Below, in pieces: positions 46,235 through 56,631 of a stretch of 64,000 bases of DNA. Position 1 is the stretch's first letter; each line of letters begins with the position of its first letter. A program made the translations under genes and the position numbers. The notes under the pieces are model-generated. The model was not told the DNA's origin. It ran no database searches and worked only from the letters and a program-made list of their open reading frames with translations. This DNA is from Actinomycetota bacterium (GTDB lineage: Bacteria; Actinomycetota; Acidimicrobiia; Acidimicrobiales; Ilumatobacteraceae), in contig WLHL01000002.1 in assembly GCA_009702755.1 (NCBI GenBank), positions 27,613 to 91,612 on the forward strand, in the 5' to 3' direction.

Positions 46235-48868
46235 ATGGTTTCACCACTTTCTCCCGGTACTCCCCGTAGCGCTGATCAACTGAGGTTGGCTTTCTCTCAG
46301 TTCTTTGGTGACCGTGCGCATACGGTTGTGCCTTCGGCCAGTCTCATTCCTCACGATCAGACGTTGTTGTTCACCGTGGCCGGAATGGTGCCCTTCAAGC
46401 CGTATTTCATGGGTGATGAAGTAGCGCCGTACGACCGAGCCGTGACAGTGCAAAAGTGTGTCCGTGCTGGCGGAAAGCACAATGACCTTGATGATGTGGG
46501 GCGCACAAAGCGTCACCTTGTCTTTTTTGAGATGTTGGGCAATTTCAGTTTTGGCGATTATTTCAAGGAAGACGCAATCCCTTGGTCATGGAAGTTGGTG
46601 ACCGAAGTTTTTGGTTTCGACCCAGAGCGCCTTTGGATCACAGTGCATGAGTCTGATGATGAGGCCGAAGCGATCTGGCACGAGAAAGTTGGCGTTCCGA
46701 TGGAGCGCATTCAGCGTCTCGGTGACAAGGACAACTTCTGGCAAGCCGGAGACACGGGTCCGTGCGGACCATGCTCAGAAATTCACTATGACCGAGGCCC
46801 AGATTTTGGTCCCGATGGTGGCCCTCAAAATGATCCCCATGGTGACCGCTTTATGGAGTTCTGGAACTTGGTCTTCATGCAGTACAACCAAGCGCCAGAC
46901 GGAACGCGTACACCGCTGCCAAAGCCCAGCATTGATACCGGGGCCGGCCTCGAGCGAATCCTGGCGCTGGTGCAGGGTGTTGACTCTGTGTGGGAGACCG
47001 ATGCATTGTTCCCACTGATTCAAGCTGCTCAAGAAATCACCGGTGGCGAGTACCGAGTTGGTGACTACGAACATCGTGACAGCTTCAGCATTCGAGTTCT
47101 TGCAGAACATGCTCGTTCAGCAACCATGCTGATTAACGATGGTGTTTTCCCCAGCAATGAGAATCGTGGCTATGTCCTTCGACGCATCATTCGTCGTGCA
47201 GTGCGACATGCATTCTTGTTGGGAACTGAAAAACTCGTGATGCCAACACTTGCCGGAGTGGCTGTTGACGTCATGGGCAACGCGTATCCCGACATCGTCA
47301 AGAATCGCGACTTCATTGTTGGTGTTCTCACAAAAGAAGAAGAACGATTCCGCAACACTCTGAAGACTGGTCTTGCGATTTTGGAAGAAGACATCGCTGC
47401 TAACCCAGATCGTTTGTCCGGTCGTTCGGCGTTCCTACTGCATGACACATATGGGTTCCCTCTGGAATTGACCCAAGAGATTGCTGCCGAGCGTGGTGTC
47501 GAAGTTGACATCGCCGGTTTCGAATCCGAGATGAATGAACAGCGGACTCGTGCAAAAGATGCTCGAAAGTCTGGTCGTGTTGATGGTGATCGAGTTGAGG
47601 CATATCGCGAGGTCATGGAAGCCCACGGAATCACTGAGTTCGTGGGGTATGTGCATGATGCGTCAGAGTCCACAGTTCTTGCGGTGATTGAAGGCGAAGA
47701 CGGCATTGTTGAAGTCTTCCTTGATCACACTCCGTTCTATGCCGAGAGCGGTGGTCAAGTAGGGGACATCGGAGTTCTCACAGCAGCTGATTTTGAGTTG
47801 CAGGTTCTCGACACAAATTTCGCACTGCCAGGGCTTCGTCGTCATATGTGCAAGGTTGTGTCAGGAACACCCACTGAGGGTTCAGTGGTGTCGGCTCGTA
47901 TTGATACTGCCGCTCGCACGGCAACCCGTCGTAACCACACAGGTACTCACATTCTTCACTGGGCCTTGCGCACAGTGTTGGGTGAGCATGTAAAGCAAGC
48001 GGGCTCCCTCGTGTCGCCTGATCGACTTCGCTTCGACTTCAGTCATTACGACTCCGTCACTGCGGAAGAAATCGCCCGCATTGAAGAGCTTGCCAATACT
48101 CAAGTACTGCTGAACGTCGCCGTTGATTCTTTTGAAACATCAAAAGAGGAGGCTCTTGCTGCGGGTGCGATTGCATTCTTTGGCGATAAGTACGGAGACA
48201 CAGTTCGCGTGTTGAAGGCCGGAGCATCCACCGAGTTGTGCGGTGGCACCCATGTTTCGGCCACTGGCGATATCGGAACAATCAAGATTGTTGGAGAGTC
48301 ATCCATCGGATCAAACTTGCGCCGCATTGAGGCAGTCACTGGTACAAACACTCTTCGGTTTGTACAACGCAACGGTGACATTCTTGAGCAAGTTGCCGCA
48401 GTGGTGGGGACGAAGGCTGATGATGCAGTTGCTGGCGTGCAGCGAAAGCTTGACGAACTAAAGGCTGCACAAGATGAGTTAAAGGTGCTCCGGTCTCGAC
48501 TTGCATCAGGGCGTGCTGTGGAACTCGCTGCAGAAGCTGTAAACGGAATCGTTGTGGCTCGCGTCGATGGAATCACGGCAAACGATCTCAGAGATCTTGC
48601 CGTTGCTGTTCGCCAGCAATCTGGAATCGCTGCGGTTGTCTTGGGCGGCGTCACTGACACAGGTGGTGTCTCAATCGTCGGTGCAACTTCCCCCTCGGTC
48701 AAGGCCAATGCTGGTGACCTCATCAAAGATGCCGCAAAGGCAGTCGGCGGTGGCGGTGGCGGCAAGGGAGACATCGCAACTGCTGGTGGAAAGAATCCAG
48801 AAGCACTCGACGAAGCGCTCGCTATTGCGCGAGAGAAAGCCGCAGCCGTCATCGGCTCACTCGGCTGA
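46235..48868 (+). CDS. alaS: Alanine--tRNA ligase
   Basis: 877 aa. FF..R.H..V.S.SL.P, RAGGKHNDLDDVG, HTGTH.L and a C-terminal DHHA1-type GGGGGKGD.A.AGG. Confidence 0.97.
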   Translation: MVSPLSPGTPRSADQLRLAFSQFFGDRAHTVVPSASLIPHDQTLLFTVAGMVPFKPYFMGDEVAPYDRAVTVQKCVRAGGKHNDLDDVGRTKRHLVFFEMLGNFSFGDYFKEDAIPWSWKLVTEVFGFDPERLWITVHESDDEAEAIWHEKVGVPMERIQRLGDKDNFWQAGDTGPCGPCSEIHYDRGPDFGPDGGPQNDPHGDRFMEFWNLVFMQYNQAPDGTRTPLPKPSIDTGAGLERILALVQGVDSVWETDALFPLIQAAQEITGGEYRVGDYEHRDSFSIRVLAEHARSATMLINDGVFPSNENRGYVLRRIIRRAVRHAFLLGTEKLVMPTLAGVAVDVMGNAYPDIVKNRDFIVGVLTKEEERFRNTLKTGLAILEEDIAANPDRLSGRSAFLLHDTYGFPLELTQEIAAERGVEVDIAGFESEMNEQRTRAKDARKSGRVDGDRVEAYREVMEAHGITEFVGYVHDASESTVLAVIEGEDGIVEVFLDHTPFYAESGGQVGDIGVLTAADFELQVLDTNFALPGLRRHMCKVVSGTPTEGSVVSARIDTAARTATRRNHTGTHILHWALRTVLGEHVKQAGSLVSPDRLRFDFSHYDSVTAEEIARIEELANTQVLLNVAVDSFETSKEEALAAGAIAFFGDKYGDTVRVLKAGASTELCGGTHVSATGDIGTIKIVGESSIGSNLRRIEAVTGTNTLRFVQRNGDILEQVAAVVGTKADDAVAGVQRKLDELKAAQDELKVLRSRLASGRAVELAAEAVNGIVVARVDGITANDLRDLAVAVRQQSGIAAVVLGGVTDTGGVSIVGATSPSVKANAGDLIKDAAKAVGGGGGGKGDIATAGGKNPEALDEALAIAREKAAAVIGSLG

Positions 48869-48872
48869 GATC

Positions 48873-49307
48873 GTGCGAGTCTTAGGTATCGATCTCGGAA
48901 GCAAGCGAATCGGTATTGCTGCATCTGATCGCAGTGGAACAATTGCATCACCACTCGTTGTTCTACAACGAGGTTCTTCCCAGCGCATTGATCATGATGC
49001 GATTCAAAAGATTGTGCTGGAAGAAGAAGCGGAAGCGATCGTGGTAGGACTTCCTCTGAATATGGATGGTTCTGAAGGAGCAGCAGCGAAGTCTGCCCGA
49101 ATGGAAGCCGATCGAATGGCTACGGTGGTCAGTGTGCCGATTTACATCCATGATGAACGTCGGTCGACGGTGGAAGGAGACCGAGTGTTGATGGAACGCG
49201 GACTCAACGCACAGGACCGCCGCAAAGTGATCGATAAGGTCGCGGCAGCCGTCATTCTGCAATCGTGGCTTGATGCCGGACATCTCGGAGATATTCGTGG
49301 CCGGTGA
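48873..49307 (+). CDS. ruvX: Holliday junction resolvase-like putative pre-16S rRNA nuclease (YqgF/RuvX)
   Basis: The GTG at 48873 lies 5 nt after the alaS stop. VLGIDLGSKRIGIAASD and DERRST are present. The ORF-track start at 48552 lies inside alaS. Confidence 0.9.
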   Translation: MRVLGIDLGSKRIGIAASDRSGTIASPLVVLQRGSSQRIDHDAIQKIVLEEEAEAIVVGLPLNMDGSEGAAAKSARMEADRMATVVSVPIYIHDERRSTVEGDRVLMERGLNAQDRRKVIDKVAAAVILQSWLDAGHLGDIRGR

Positions 49308-50472
49308 TCCGCTTCTGCCCGACGATTGGCATGAGGACCCGTGGGACGAGGTATTGGTTGTATCTGAAGGGGCGACAGAAGAGCTCGTCCCCGGTTTTGA
49401 ATCTCTGCGCCGTCCTGTCCGCATGATTGTCTCCATTGTTATTGCGACAATATTGCTCATCGGATCAGCAGGGTGGTGGGTTGTCCATCAATTAAATCCC
49501 GCAGGCGAACCAGGAGCATCGGTGAATTTCACTGTGAACGACGGTGACACGTTGTCGAGTGTGTCTGGCCGTTTGGCGGATCAGAACATCATCAAGAGTT
49601 CGTCCATTTTCCGCTGGTACGCATCAACGCGAGGCGGCATTGACCTTGTGCCGGGGTATTACACATTGCGTGCAGGTGATAACGCGGGTGCAATCATCAA
49701 GGCGTTGTCGACTCCACCTGCTCAAACCTTTGTTTCGGTTACCTTCCCTGAGGGGATGACCGTCACCCAAATGGCTGATCGTCTCTCTTCGAAACTGACA
49801 TTCATGTCCGCGTCAGATTTCACGACAGCAGCAACCGACGGCTCAGTTCGATCTGAATTACAGCCGAAAGACATCAATTCACTTGAGGGACTGCTCTTTC
49901 CAGACACGTATCAAGTGTCGGGCGATGGGTCGGAGTCTCGTGTCGTGTCCACAATGGTGACGATGATGCAGCGTGTTGCTCGTCAAGTTGATTTGGCTGC
50001 TGGTGCGAAGTTGCGCGGCTACAGCCCGTATCAAATTTTGATCATTGCATCTCTCATTGAACGTGAAGCAAAAGTGTCGGGTGACCGATCCAAAATTGCT
50101 CAGGTGATCTACAACCGCCTCGCAGCGAAGATGCCGCTCGAAATAGATGCTGCTGTGAAATACGGTCAAGATCCAGCGATGACGTGGACTGAGATGAAGG
50201 CCACCGATACTCCGTACAACACCTACATCAACAAAGGCCTCCCTCCGACGCCGATTGCAAACCCGGGCAAAGCATCGATCCAGGCGGCACTTGCGCCAGC
50301 GGGTGCGCCACCGAAGTCAGACGAGGCATGTGTTGGTCTTGAAGCAGGTGTGAAGTGCCAGTACCTCTTCTATGTGCTCGCAACTGCCGAAGGCGGACAC
50401 GCATTCTCTACAACATATGAACAGCATCTTGCCAAAGTTGCGATTGCAAAGGCGGCGGGGCTACTCCCATGA
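49273..50472 (+). CDS. mltG: Endolytic murein transglycosylase MltG (YceG-like)
   Basis: One TM, then LEGLLFPDTY, LIIASLIEREA and YNTY...GLPPTPIANPG. The start is ambiguous: TTG 49270, ATG 49273 or GTG 49297. Confidence 0.9.
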   Translation: MPDISEIFVAGDPLLPDDWHEDPWDEVLVVSEGATEELVPGFESLRRPVRMIVSIVIATILLIGSAGWWVVHQLNPAGEPGASVNFTVNDGDTLSSVSGRLADQNIIKSSSIFRWYASTRGGIDLVPGYYTLRAGDNAGAIIKALSTPPAQTFVSVTFPEGMTVTQMADRLSSKLTFMSASDFTTAATDGSVRSELQPKDINSLEGLLFPDTYQVSGDGSESRVVSTMVTMMQRVARQVDLAAGAKLRGYSPYQILIIASLIEREAKVSGDRSKIAQVIYNRLAAKMPLEIDAAVKYGQDPAMTWTEMKATDTPYNTYINKGLPPTPIANPGKASIQAALAPAGAPPKSDEACVGLEAGVKCQYLFYVLATAEGGHAFSTTYEQHLAKVAIAKAAGLLP

Positions 50473-51317
50473 ACACTGACAACTCTTTACTCGGTGCAGT
50501 GGTGGGTTCGCCCATCTCGCATTCGCTGTCACCGGCCATTTATCGTGCATCGTTTGCTTCGCAATCGTTGGCGGGTGCATACGAAGCGTTGGAAGCAGAT
50601 GCATCCAACATCGCAGATGTTCTGTCGCAGTTGCGCCAGCGTGGCGTCCGTGGATTATCTGTGACGATGCCGTTGAAGGAAGCAATCATTCCTTTTCTTG
50701 ATGTCATTGATGAAGATGCTCGTCTTCTGAACGCTGTCAATTGTGTTGATTTCAATAATGGGGTATCGACAGGTCACAACACGGACGGTGATGGATGTTG
50801 TGATGCTCTTGAACAACAAGGCGGTGCTTTGCTGAGCGGAGCTCATGCTGTGGTCCTTGGTGCTGGTGGTACCGCACGTTCAGTTGCATTGGCACTTGGT
50901 CGGCGCGGAGCTCGTGTGGCAATCATTAATCGCACTACCGAGAAGGCTGAAGAATTAGTGCGTACTTTGGCTCCTGCCGCGCAAGAGGCTGGTGGAGACA
51001 TTGTGATCGGCTCTCTTGATGAAATCAGTCGTGCAGGAGTTCTCGTGAACACCACCTCAGTGGGAATGAACTCAGATGAACTTCCGCTCCCTGCCAATAT
51101 TCTCCGTCGCAACATTGTGGTTCTCGATGCGGTGTACTCGCCGATGGAGACAGCATTGCTGAAGGCGGCCAAGCGGGCTGGCGATCAGACAGTGGACGGC
51201 TTATGGATGCTGATTCAGCAGGCTCGACGCCAATGTGTGCATCAATTTGGCTGGAATCCAGATGCTGAACCCATGCGAGAGGCTGCAGAGCGGGAACTTG
51301 CCGCTCGCCACAAGTAG
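50469..51317 (+). CDS. aroE: Shikimate dehydrogenase
   Basis: G.PI.HSLSP..., SVTMPLK, NT.DG.G and GAGG.ARS. An ATGA overlap links it to mltG. Confidence 0.9.
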   Translation: MNTDNSLLGAVVGSPISHSLSPAIYRASFASQSLAGAYEALEADASNIADVLSQLRQRGVRGLSVTMPLKEAIIPFLDVIDEDARLLNAVNCVDFNNGVSTGHNTDGDGCCDALEQQGGALLSGAHAVVLGAGGTARSVALALGRRGARVAIINRTTEKAEELVRTLAPAAQEAGGDIVIGSLDEISRAGVLVNTTSVGMNSDELPLPANILRRNIVVLDAVYSPMETALLKAAKRAGDQTVDGLWMLIQQARRQCVHQFGWNPDAEPMREAAERELAARHK

Positions 51318-51323
51318 TCTGAA

Positions 51324-52493
51324 ATGGTGCTTAGGTACCTCACAGCTGGCGAATCTCACGGAAAAGCTCTCACGGTCATCGTGGAAGGCCTTCCTGCGGG
51401 CATGCCCATTGTCGCTGAAGATATAGAAACCGACCTCGCACGTCGTCGACTCGGATACGGCCGCGGTCCGCGTCAGCGCTTTGAAAAAGATGTGATCACG
51501 TTGGTCGGCGGAGTGCGCCACGGTCGCACCCTTGGTTCTCCCGTTGCCATTGAGATTCAGAACTCAGAGTGGTTCCGCAGTGATAAGTGGCATGCAGAAA
51601 TGTCGCCTGAGCCCGGAGCAACAGAAACGCCGTTGACACAGCCGCGCCCCGGACATGCGGACCTTGTGGGCATGCAGAAGTACGGGTTCACGGATGCTCG
51701 TGATGTGTTGGAACGCGCAAGTGCCCGTGAAACCGCTGCGCGAGTCGCCGCTGGTGCATTGGCAAAGCAGTTGTTGCGCCACATTGGTGTGAACATTCTC
51801 AGTCACGTTGTGCAGATGGGAAGCGCAAAGGCGCAGAACACATCGCTTCCTGCATTCTCTGATCTTGCTGCAATTGATGAGTCGGAAGTTCGTTGTTTTG
51901 ACAAGAACGCCGAAGAGGCGATGATTACTGCCATCAAAGATGCAGCCCGCGAAGGAGACTCTCTTGGTGGCATCGTTGAAGTGATCGCGTACGGGGTACC
52001 TATTGGTCTCGGAAGTCATGTCCACTGGGATCGCAAGATCGATGCAATGTTGGCCCAAGCAGTGATGAGCATTCAGGCTGTCAAGGGTGTTGAAATTGGT
52101 GATGGGTTCGAAACCGCAGGACTGCGCGGTAGCCAGTCTCATGACCCCATTTTGTGGGACGCAGCAAATAAGAAATATGTACGTGAAGGTCATCGCTCTG
52201 GCGGTACCGAAGGTGGCATCACGACTGGTGAGCCGTTGATTGTTCGCGCAGCAATGAAGCCGCTTGCAACGTTGAACAAGCCCACGCTGAAGACCGTCGA
52301 CACTGTGACAAAAGAAGAGACTGTGAGCTTCAAAGAGCGCACTGATGTCACGGCAGTTCCCGCTCTTGGTGTTGTTGCCGAAACAATGGTGGCTCTTGTT
52401 CTTGCTGCTGAGGCTCAGCGAAAGTTTGGTGGAGACTCGCTGGCAGAATTCATTCGCAATGCTGCCTCGTTTGAGGCGACACTAGAGTCGTGA
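51324..52493 (+). CDS. aroC: Chorismate synthase
   Basis: RYLTAGESHGKAL, RRRLGYGRG.RQ and RPGHAD... 389 aa. Confidence 0.96.
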   Translation: MVLRYLTAGESHGKALTVIVEGLPAGMPIVAEDIETDLARRRLGYGRGPRQRFEKDVITLVGGVRHGRTLGSPVAIEIQNSEWFRSDKWHAEMSPEPGATETPLTQPRPGHADLVGMQKYGFTDARDVLERASARETAARVAAGALAKQLLRHIGVNILSHVVQMGSAKAQNTSLPAFSDLAAIDESEVRCFDKNAEEAMITAIKDAAREGDSLGGIVEVIAYGVPIGLGSHVHWDRKIDAMLAQAVMSIQAVKGVEIGDGFETAGLRGSQSHDPILWDAANKKYVREGHRSGGTEGGITTGEPLIVRAAMKPLATLNKPTLKTVDTVTKEETVSFKERTDVTAVPALGVVAETMVALVLAAEAQRKFGGDSLAEFIRNAASFEATLES

Positions 52494-53053
52494 CTCACGA
52501 ACGCCTCACCATTGTCCTGGTGGGGCTAATGGGTACAGGGAAGTCCACTGTGGCGCGAACCTTGGCGACGCACTATGGCATTGAGTGTCTTGATACCGAC
52601 AAACTGGTGGAAGCGCGAGCTGGAAAACCAGTGCGACAAATGTTTGCGGAAGATGGTGAAGATGCTTTTCGCGATCTTGAATCCGATGTGCTGTCTTCAT
52701 GTTTGCGGTCTCCTCAAGGTGCAGTGATTGCAGGCGCGGGCGGGGTTGTGCTTCGCGCCGAGAACCGCGAGATGTTGAATGCGGCCCGTCGAGATTCGGG
52801 AGCCATCGTCGTATGGCTTCATGCTCAACCAGAAGTGCTGTCAGTTCGAACCGCTAAGGGATCTCATCGTCCTCTGCTTGACGATGATCGTGAAGGCACT
52901 CTGGTTCGAATGTCTCAGGAGCGCATGCCGTTATATTCGGAAGTTGCCGACATTGTTGTGGATGTTTCTGACAGATCTCAAGAATCGGTGTGCGCTTTGT
53001 TGATTGACGCAATTGATGAAGCAGTGAGATATGGAGAGACGTCAAATGAGTGA
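52490..53053 (+). CDS. aroK: Shikimate kinase
   Basis: Walker A LVGLMGTGKSTV, and FR..E. A GTGA overlap links it to aroC. Confidence 0.92.
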   Translation: MTHERLTIVLVGLMGTGKSTVARTLATHYGIECLDTDKLVEARAGKPVRQMFAEDGEDAFRDLESDVLSSCLRSPQGAVIAGAGGVVLRAENREMLNAARRDSGAIVVWLHAQPEVLSVRTAKGSHRPLLDDDREGTLVRMSQERMPLYSEVADIVVDVSDRSQESVCALLIDAIDEAVRYGETSNE

Positions 53054-54089
53054 GATGAATCGTGTGACTGTTGATCTTGGTGACCGGACGTATTCGGTCG
53101 TCGTTGGTCATGGGGCTGTGGCTGAAACTGCGTCACTTCTTCCAGAGAAATCCAAGCGAGTTGCAGTCGTGACGCAATCGGGAATCCCGGCTTCTCTTAT
53201 TCCTCATTTTCCCAACCATCAGGTCACAATCCACGAAATCGGTATTGGCGAAGAACATAAGTCGTTGACAACGATTGCAGCGTTGTGCAGCGCCTTCGCT
53301 CAATCTGGTCTCACGCGTAACGATGTGGTCGTCGGAGTCGGTGGAGGCATGGTCACCGATATTGCAGGGTTCGCTGCCGCCTCGTATCACCGCGGCATTC
53401 CTGTTGTGCATGTTGCAACTTCATTGCTGGCAATGATTGATGCTGCTGTCGGCGGCAAGACTGGTGTCAACATTCCCGAGGGGAAGAATCTCGTTGGCGC
53501 CTATTGGCAGCCACATGGAGTTATTTGCGATCTTGATGCACTTGAATCTTTGCCTGCGCGTGAGATGCGATGTGGTCTCGGTGAAATGGCGAAGTATCAC
53601 TTCATCGCTCGGGAGAATCTTGATGAGTTGCCGTTTGCACAACGTGTTGCTCGAAGTATTGAGATCAAGGCTGAGATTGTTGCTGCAGATGAGCGTGAAG
53701 GGGGAGTGCGTGCACTCTTGAACTACGGCCATACCTTGGCTCATGCAATCGAAATTGAAACCAACTTTGCAATGGCACATGGCGAAGCAGTTGCGCTTGG
53801 GCTCTTGTTCGCTGCACATTTGGGGCATGTGATGGGTCGCATTACTTCCGAGAGGGTGGATGAGCACTACCGAGTCGTGAACGAGGTCTATGGCATTGAC
53901 CTAGTGATGCCTTCTGGTCTCGTGGCTGATCGCCTGATTGATGCCATGGGGAGAGACAAAAAAGCCCTGGAGTCCATCACCTTCATTCTGGACTCAGCTG
54001 AAGGCCTAGAGATTGTGCCTGGCGTACGTGAAGCCGATATTCGAACTGCCTTGACCGAGTTTGTCGGCCGTTTAACCCCTCAGGTTTAA
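53046..54089 (+). CDS. aroB: 3-dehydroquinate synthase
   Basis: GGG...D.AGFAAA.Y.RG, GGKTGVN...GKNL.GA..QP and YGHT.AHA.E. ATGs at 53031, 53046 and 53055 are all in frame. GGAGAG at 53033-53038 favours 53046. Confidence 0.92.
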   Translation: MSEMNRVTVDLGDRTYSVVVGHGAVAETASLLPEKSKRVAVVTQSGIPASLIPHFPNHQVTIHEIGIGEEHKSLTTIAALCSAFAQSGLTRNDVVVGVGGGMVTDIAGFAAASYHRGIPVVHVATSLLAMIDAAVGGKTGVNIPEGKNLVGAYWQPHGVICDLDALESLPAREMRCGLGEMAKYHFIARENLDELPFAQRVARSIEIKAEIVAADEREGGVRALLNYGHTLAHAIEIETNFAMAHGEAVALGLLFAAHLGHVMGRITSERVDEHYRVVNEVYGIDLVMPSGLVADRLIDAMGRDKKALESITFILDSAEGLEIVPGVREADIRTALTEFVGRLTPQV

Positions 54090-54128
54090 TCCCTCCGATT
54101 GCCGAAGAGGTCGGAGTACCGTGGAGGC

Positions 54129-54566
54129 ATGTCGTTGTCATCCATCCTGGTTCTCCATGGGCCGAATCTCAATTTGCTTGGCACACGCGAACCAGAGATT
54201 TACGGTTCAGCAACATTGAGTGATCATGTCAACACTGTGAAAGCGGAAGCGTCATCGCACGGCATCGATGTCGTCGATCTTCAATCGGCCTCAGAATCTG
54301 AACTAGTTGCTGCAATTCATCAGGCCAGAGGCACCCACGATGCGATCATTATCAATGCAGGCGCCCTGACGCATTATTCGTGGGCTCTGCACGATGCATT
54401 GCGGTCGTTCCCAGGGAAAGTCATCGAAGTCCATTTGTCTAACCCCGGTGCTCGAGAAGATTTCCGTCACGTCAGTGTGCTTGCGCCTGTTGTTGACGGA
54501 AGCATCTCGGGGTTTGGCGGCATGGGCTACGCACTGGCAGTGCAAGCACTTCTGCGCCTTTCCTGA
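54129..54566 (+). CDS. aroQ: Type II 3-dehydroquinate dehydratase
   Basis: ILVLHGPNLNLLGTREPEIYG, INAGALTHYS and EVHLSN. The ATG at 54129 gives the normal length of about 145 aa. The ORF-track TTG at 54099 remains possible. Confidence 0.9.
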   Translation: MSLSSILVLHGPNLNLLGTREPEIYGSATLSDHVNTVKAEASSHGIDVVDLQSASESELVAAIHQARGTHDAIIINAGALTHYSWALHDALRSFPGKVIEVHLSNPGAREDFRHVSVLAPVVDGSISGFGGMGYALAVQALLRLS

Positions 54567-54571
54567 TCATC

Positions 54572-55660
54572 ATGGATATTTCGTCGCGTCTTCATCGTTT
54601 GGCAGCGACGAGTGGCGTTGAGAATTTGCTGATTCTTCGCCCTGAAGATGTGAGATGGCTGACTGGATTCACGGGCCGAACTTCGTTTGTACTGGTAAAT
54701 CGTTCAACCGCATCGGCAACCTTGTTCGTCGATGGACGGTACTACGACCGTGCACTGTCGGAAATTGAAAAGACAGAAGCGAACGTTGATGTTCGTTTGT
54801 TGAATTCAGGCGAATCAATGTCATCTGCCATTGCATCAGTCGCACAGGCAAACGAAGTTGGTATTGATCTTGACCACATCATGGCTTCTCGTTTTCATGC
54901 ACTAGCGGACGTGTTGACAATTGTTCCTGAACCAACAGCAATGAATGCATTGCGACGGGTGAAGGAAGATTGGGAGATTGAACTCATGGCGCAGGCTGCC
55001 CAGATCGCAGATAATGCCTTGGCGTCAGTTCTTGCAGATGGGCTCATCGGCCGCACAGAGAAGCAGGTGCGCAATCGTCTTGACTCTGTGATGCGCGAGA
55101 ACGGTGCAGATGATGTTTCGTTTGCAACGATTGTTGCCACAGGACCAAATGGTGCCAGGCCTCATCACGAGCCCTCGGAAACACAGATTGAGTCAGGCCA
55201 TGGTGTGGTGGTGGACTTTGGCGCAGAGGTAGCTGGCTATCGCAGCGACATGACACGAACGATTCAAGTAGGCGAGTGGTCACCGGAGTATCAGCACATG
55301 TACAACACAGTGCGAGAGGCACAAGAGGCTGGAGTGGCTGTAGTGCGACACGGTGTGTCGGGAGCCGAAGTCGATGGGGCGGTTCGTGCAGTCTTTGCCC
55401 GCGAGGGTCTTGAACATGAGTACGTTCACGGAACGGGACATGGAATTGGGCTCTATATCCATGAAGAACCCATCCTTTCTCCGCGCTGTGAGGCTGTGCT
55501 TCAGTCGAATGAGGTGGTGACGGTAGAGCCTGGGCTCTATCGTGGAGGGGTAGGCGGCGTCAGGATCGAGGATCAAGTCGTCGTCACCGGCACTGGTTGC
55601 CGCATTCTCACTCTCAGTCCCAAGGAACTCTCATGCCCGCGATCACCACAAACGATCTGA
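54572..55660 (+). CDS. M24B-family Xaa-Pro aminopeptidase/dipeptidase
   Basis: Creatinase-like N-domain plus pita-bread metal ligands (VVDFGA...[32 protein letters not shown]). Position is as for Rv2535c, upstream of efp. Confidence 0.9.
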   Translation: MDISSRLHRLAATSGVENLLILRPEDVRWLTGFTGRTSFVLVNRSTASATLFVDGRYYDRALSEIEKTEANVDVRLLNSGESMSSAIASVAQANEVGIDLDHIMASRFHALADVLTIVPEPTAMNALRRVKEDWEIELMAQAAQIADNALASVLADGLIGRTEKQVRNRLDSVMRENGADDVSFATIVATGPNGARPHHEPSETQIESGHGVVVDFGAEVAGYRSDMTRTIQVGEWSPEYQHMYNTVREAQEAGVAVVRHGVSGAEVDGAVRAVFAREGLEHEYVHGTGHGIGLYIHEEPILSPRCEAVLQSNEVVTVEPGLYRGGVGGVRIEDQVVVTGTGCRILTLSPKELSCPRSPQTI

Positions 55661-56196
55661 AGAACGGAATCACCCTCGAGCTTGAAAACGGCCTCTTTAC
55701 GGTCGTTGAATTCCAGCACGTGAAGCCTGGCAAGGGCGGAGCCTTCGTTCGTACCAAGTTGCGCAATCTTCGTAACGGCAACGTTTTTGAAAAGACCTTC
55801 AATGCGGGAATCCGTGTTGAGCAGGCAATCCTCGACAAGCGTGACATGCAGTTCTTGTACAAGGACGGCGGCGAGTTCGTCTTCATGGACACAGAGACCT
55901 ACGACCAGACGAATATTGCTCCCACTGCTCTCGGCGAAGCGGCCGATTACCTCATTGAGCAAGCAATGGCAATCATCGCGTATCACAATGGCGACATTGT
56001 GACTGTTGAAATTCCTGCATCTGTTGAACTTGTGATTGCCGACACTGAACCTGGTGTTCAGGGCGACCGAGTGTCAGGTGCAAAGAAGCCTGCGACCCTT
56101 GAGACCGGCAAGGTCATCCAAGTTCCTCTTTTTGTGAACGTGGGCGACAAAGTCAAGGTCGATACTCGCTCCGGCGATTACATCACACGCGTCTGA
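55633..56196 (+). CDS. efp: Elongation factor P
   Basis: [46 protein letters not shown]. The ATG at 55633 gives the canonical 187 aa. It overlaps the 3' end of the peptidase gene by 28 nt. Confidence 0.95.
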   Translation: MPAITTNDLKNGITLELENGLFTVVEFQHVKPGKGGAFVRTKLRNLRNGNVFEKTFNAGIRVEQAILDKRDMQFLYKDGGEFVFMDTETYDQTNIAPTALGEAADYLIEQAMAIIAYHNGDIVTVEIPASVELVIADTEPGVQGDRVSGAKKPATLETGKVIQVPLFVNVGDKVKVDTRSGDYITRV

Positions 56197-56621
56197 TGCC
56201 GAATGACTCGGAGTCAATCCGCCCTCATGATGAACGTACCGACGCTCGGGAACAAGTAGTCATCCTTCTCTATGAGGCTGAACAACGTTCGGCATCAGCA
56301 ATTGAATTGATGGCCGAGCGTGGCGTTGCCTCAGAAGATCTTTCTCGTGTTTTGCTCGAAGGAGTTGAGGGGTCACGCGAAGCAATTGATGCCTCCATTG
56401 AAACGAATGCTCGCGGATGGGCGCTTGATCGTATGCCAGCACTAGATAGGGCCATTTTGCGTTTGGCGATTTATGAGCTGATGTCTCGTCCTGAGGTTCC
56501 CATCGCCGTTGTTATTGACGAGGCAGTAGAGCTTGCCAAACGATTCTCCACCGACGATTCAGGACGTTTTGTTAATGGCGTTCTCGCGGCGGTGGCGAAA
56601 CAAACTCGCTCCGCTGAGTAA
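56196..56621 (+). CDS. nusB: Transcription antitermination factor NusB
   Basis: AREQVVILLYEAE, LDRMPALDRAILRLAIYEL, VVIDEAVELAK.F and FVNGVL. It overlaps the efp stop by 1 nt. Confidence 0.93.
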   Translation: MPNDSESIRPHDERTDAREQVVILLYEAEQRSASAIELMAERGVASEDLSRVLLEGVEGSREAIDASIETNARGWALDRMPALDRAILRLAIYELMSRPEVPIAVVIDEAVELAKRFSTDDSGRFVNGVLAAVAKQTRSAE

Positions 56622-56631
56622 TGATTGTTCG

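Noticed and set aside
48552-48872. Long N-terminal extensions in the ORF track that run into the upstream gene. Examples start at 48552, 56533, 29335, 36326, 22428, 21800, 21250, 12696, 32694 and 55597.
   Set aside because: In each case the conserved protein begins at a downstream ATG or GTG located at or just after the upstream stop, often with an RBS or an ATGA-type junction. The extension has no homology-like content and would create overlaps of 60-320 nt.
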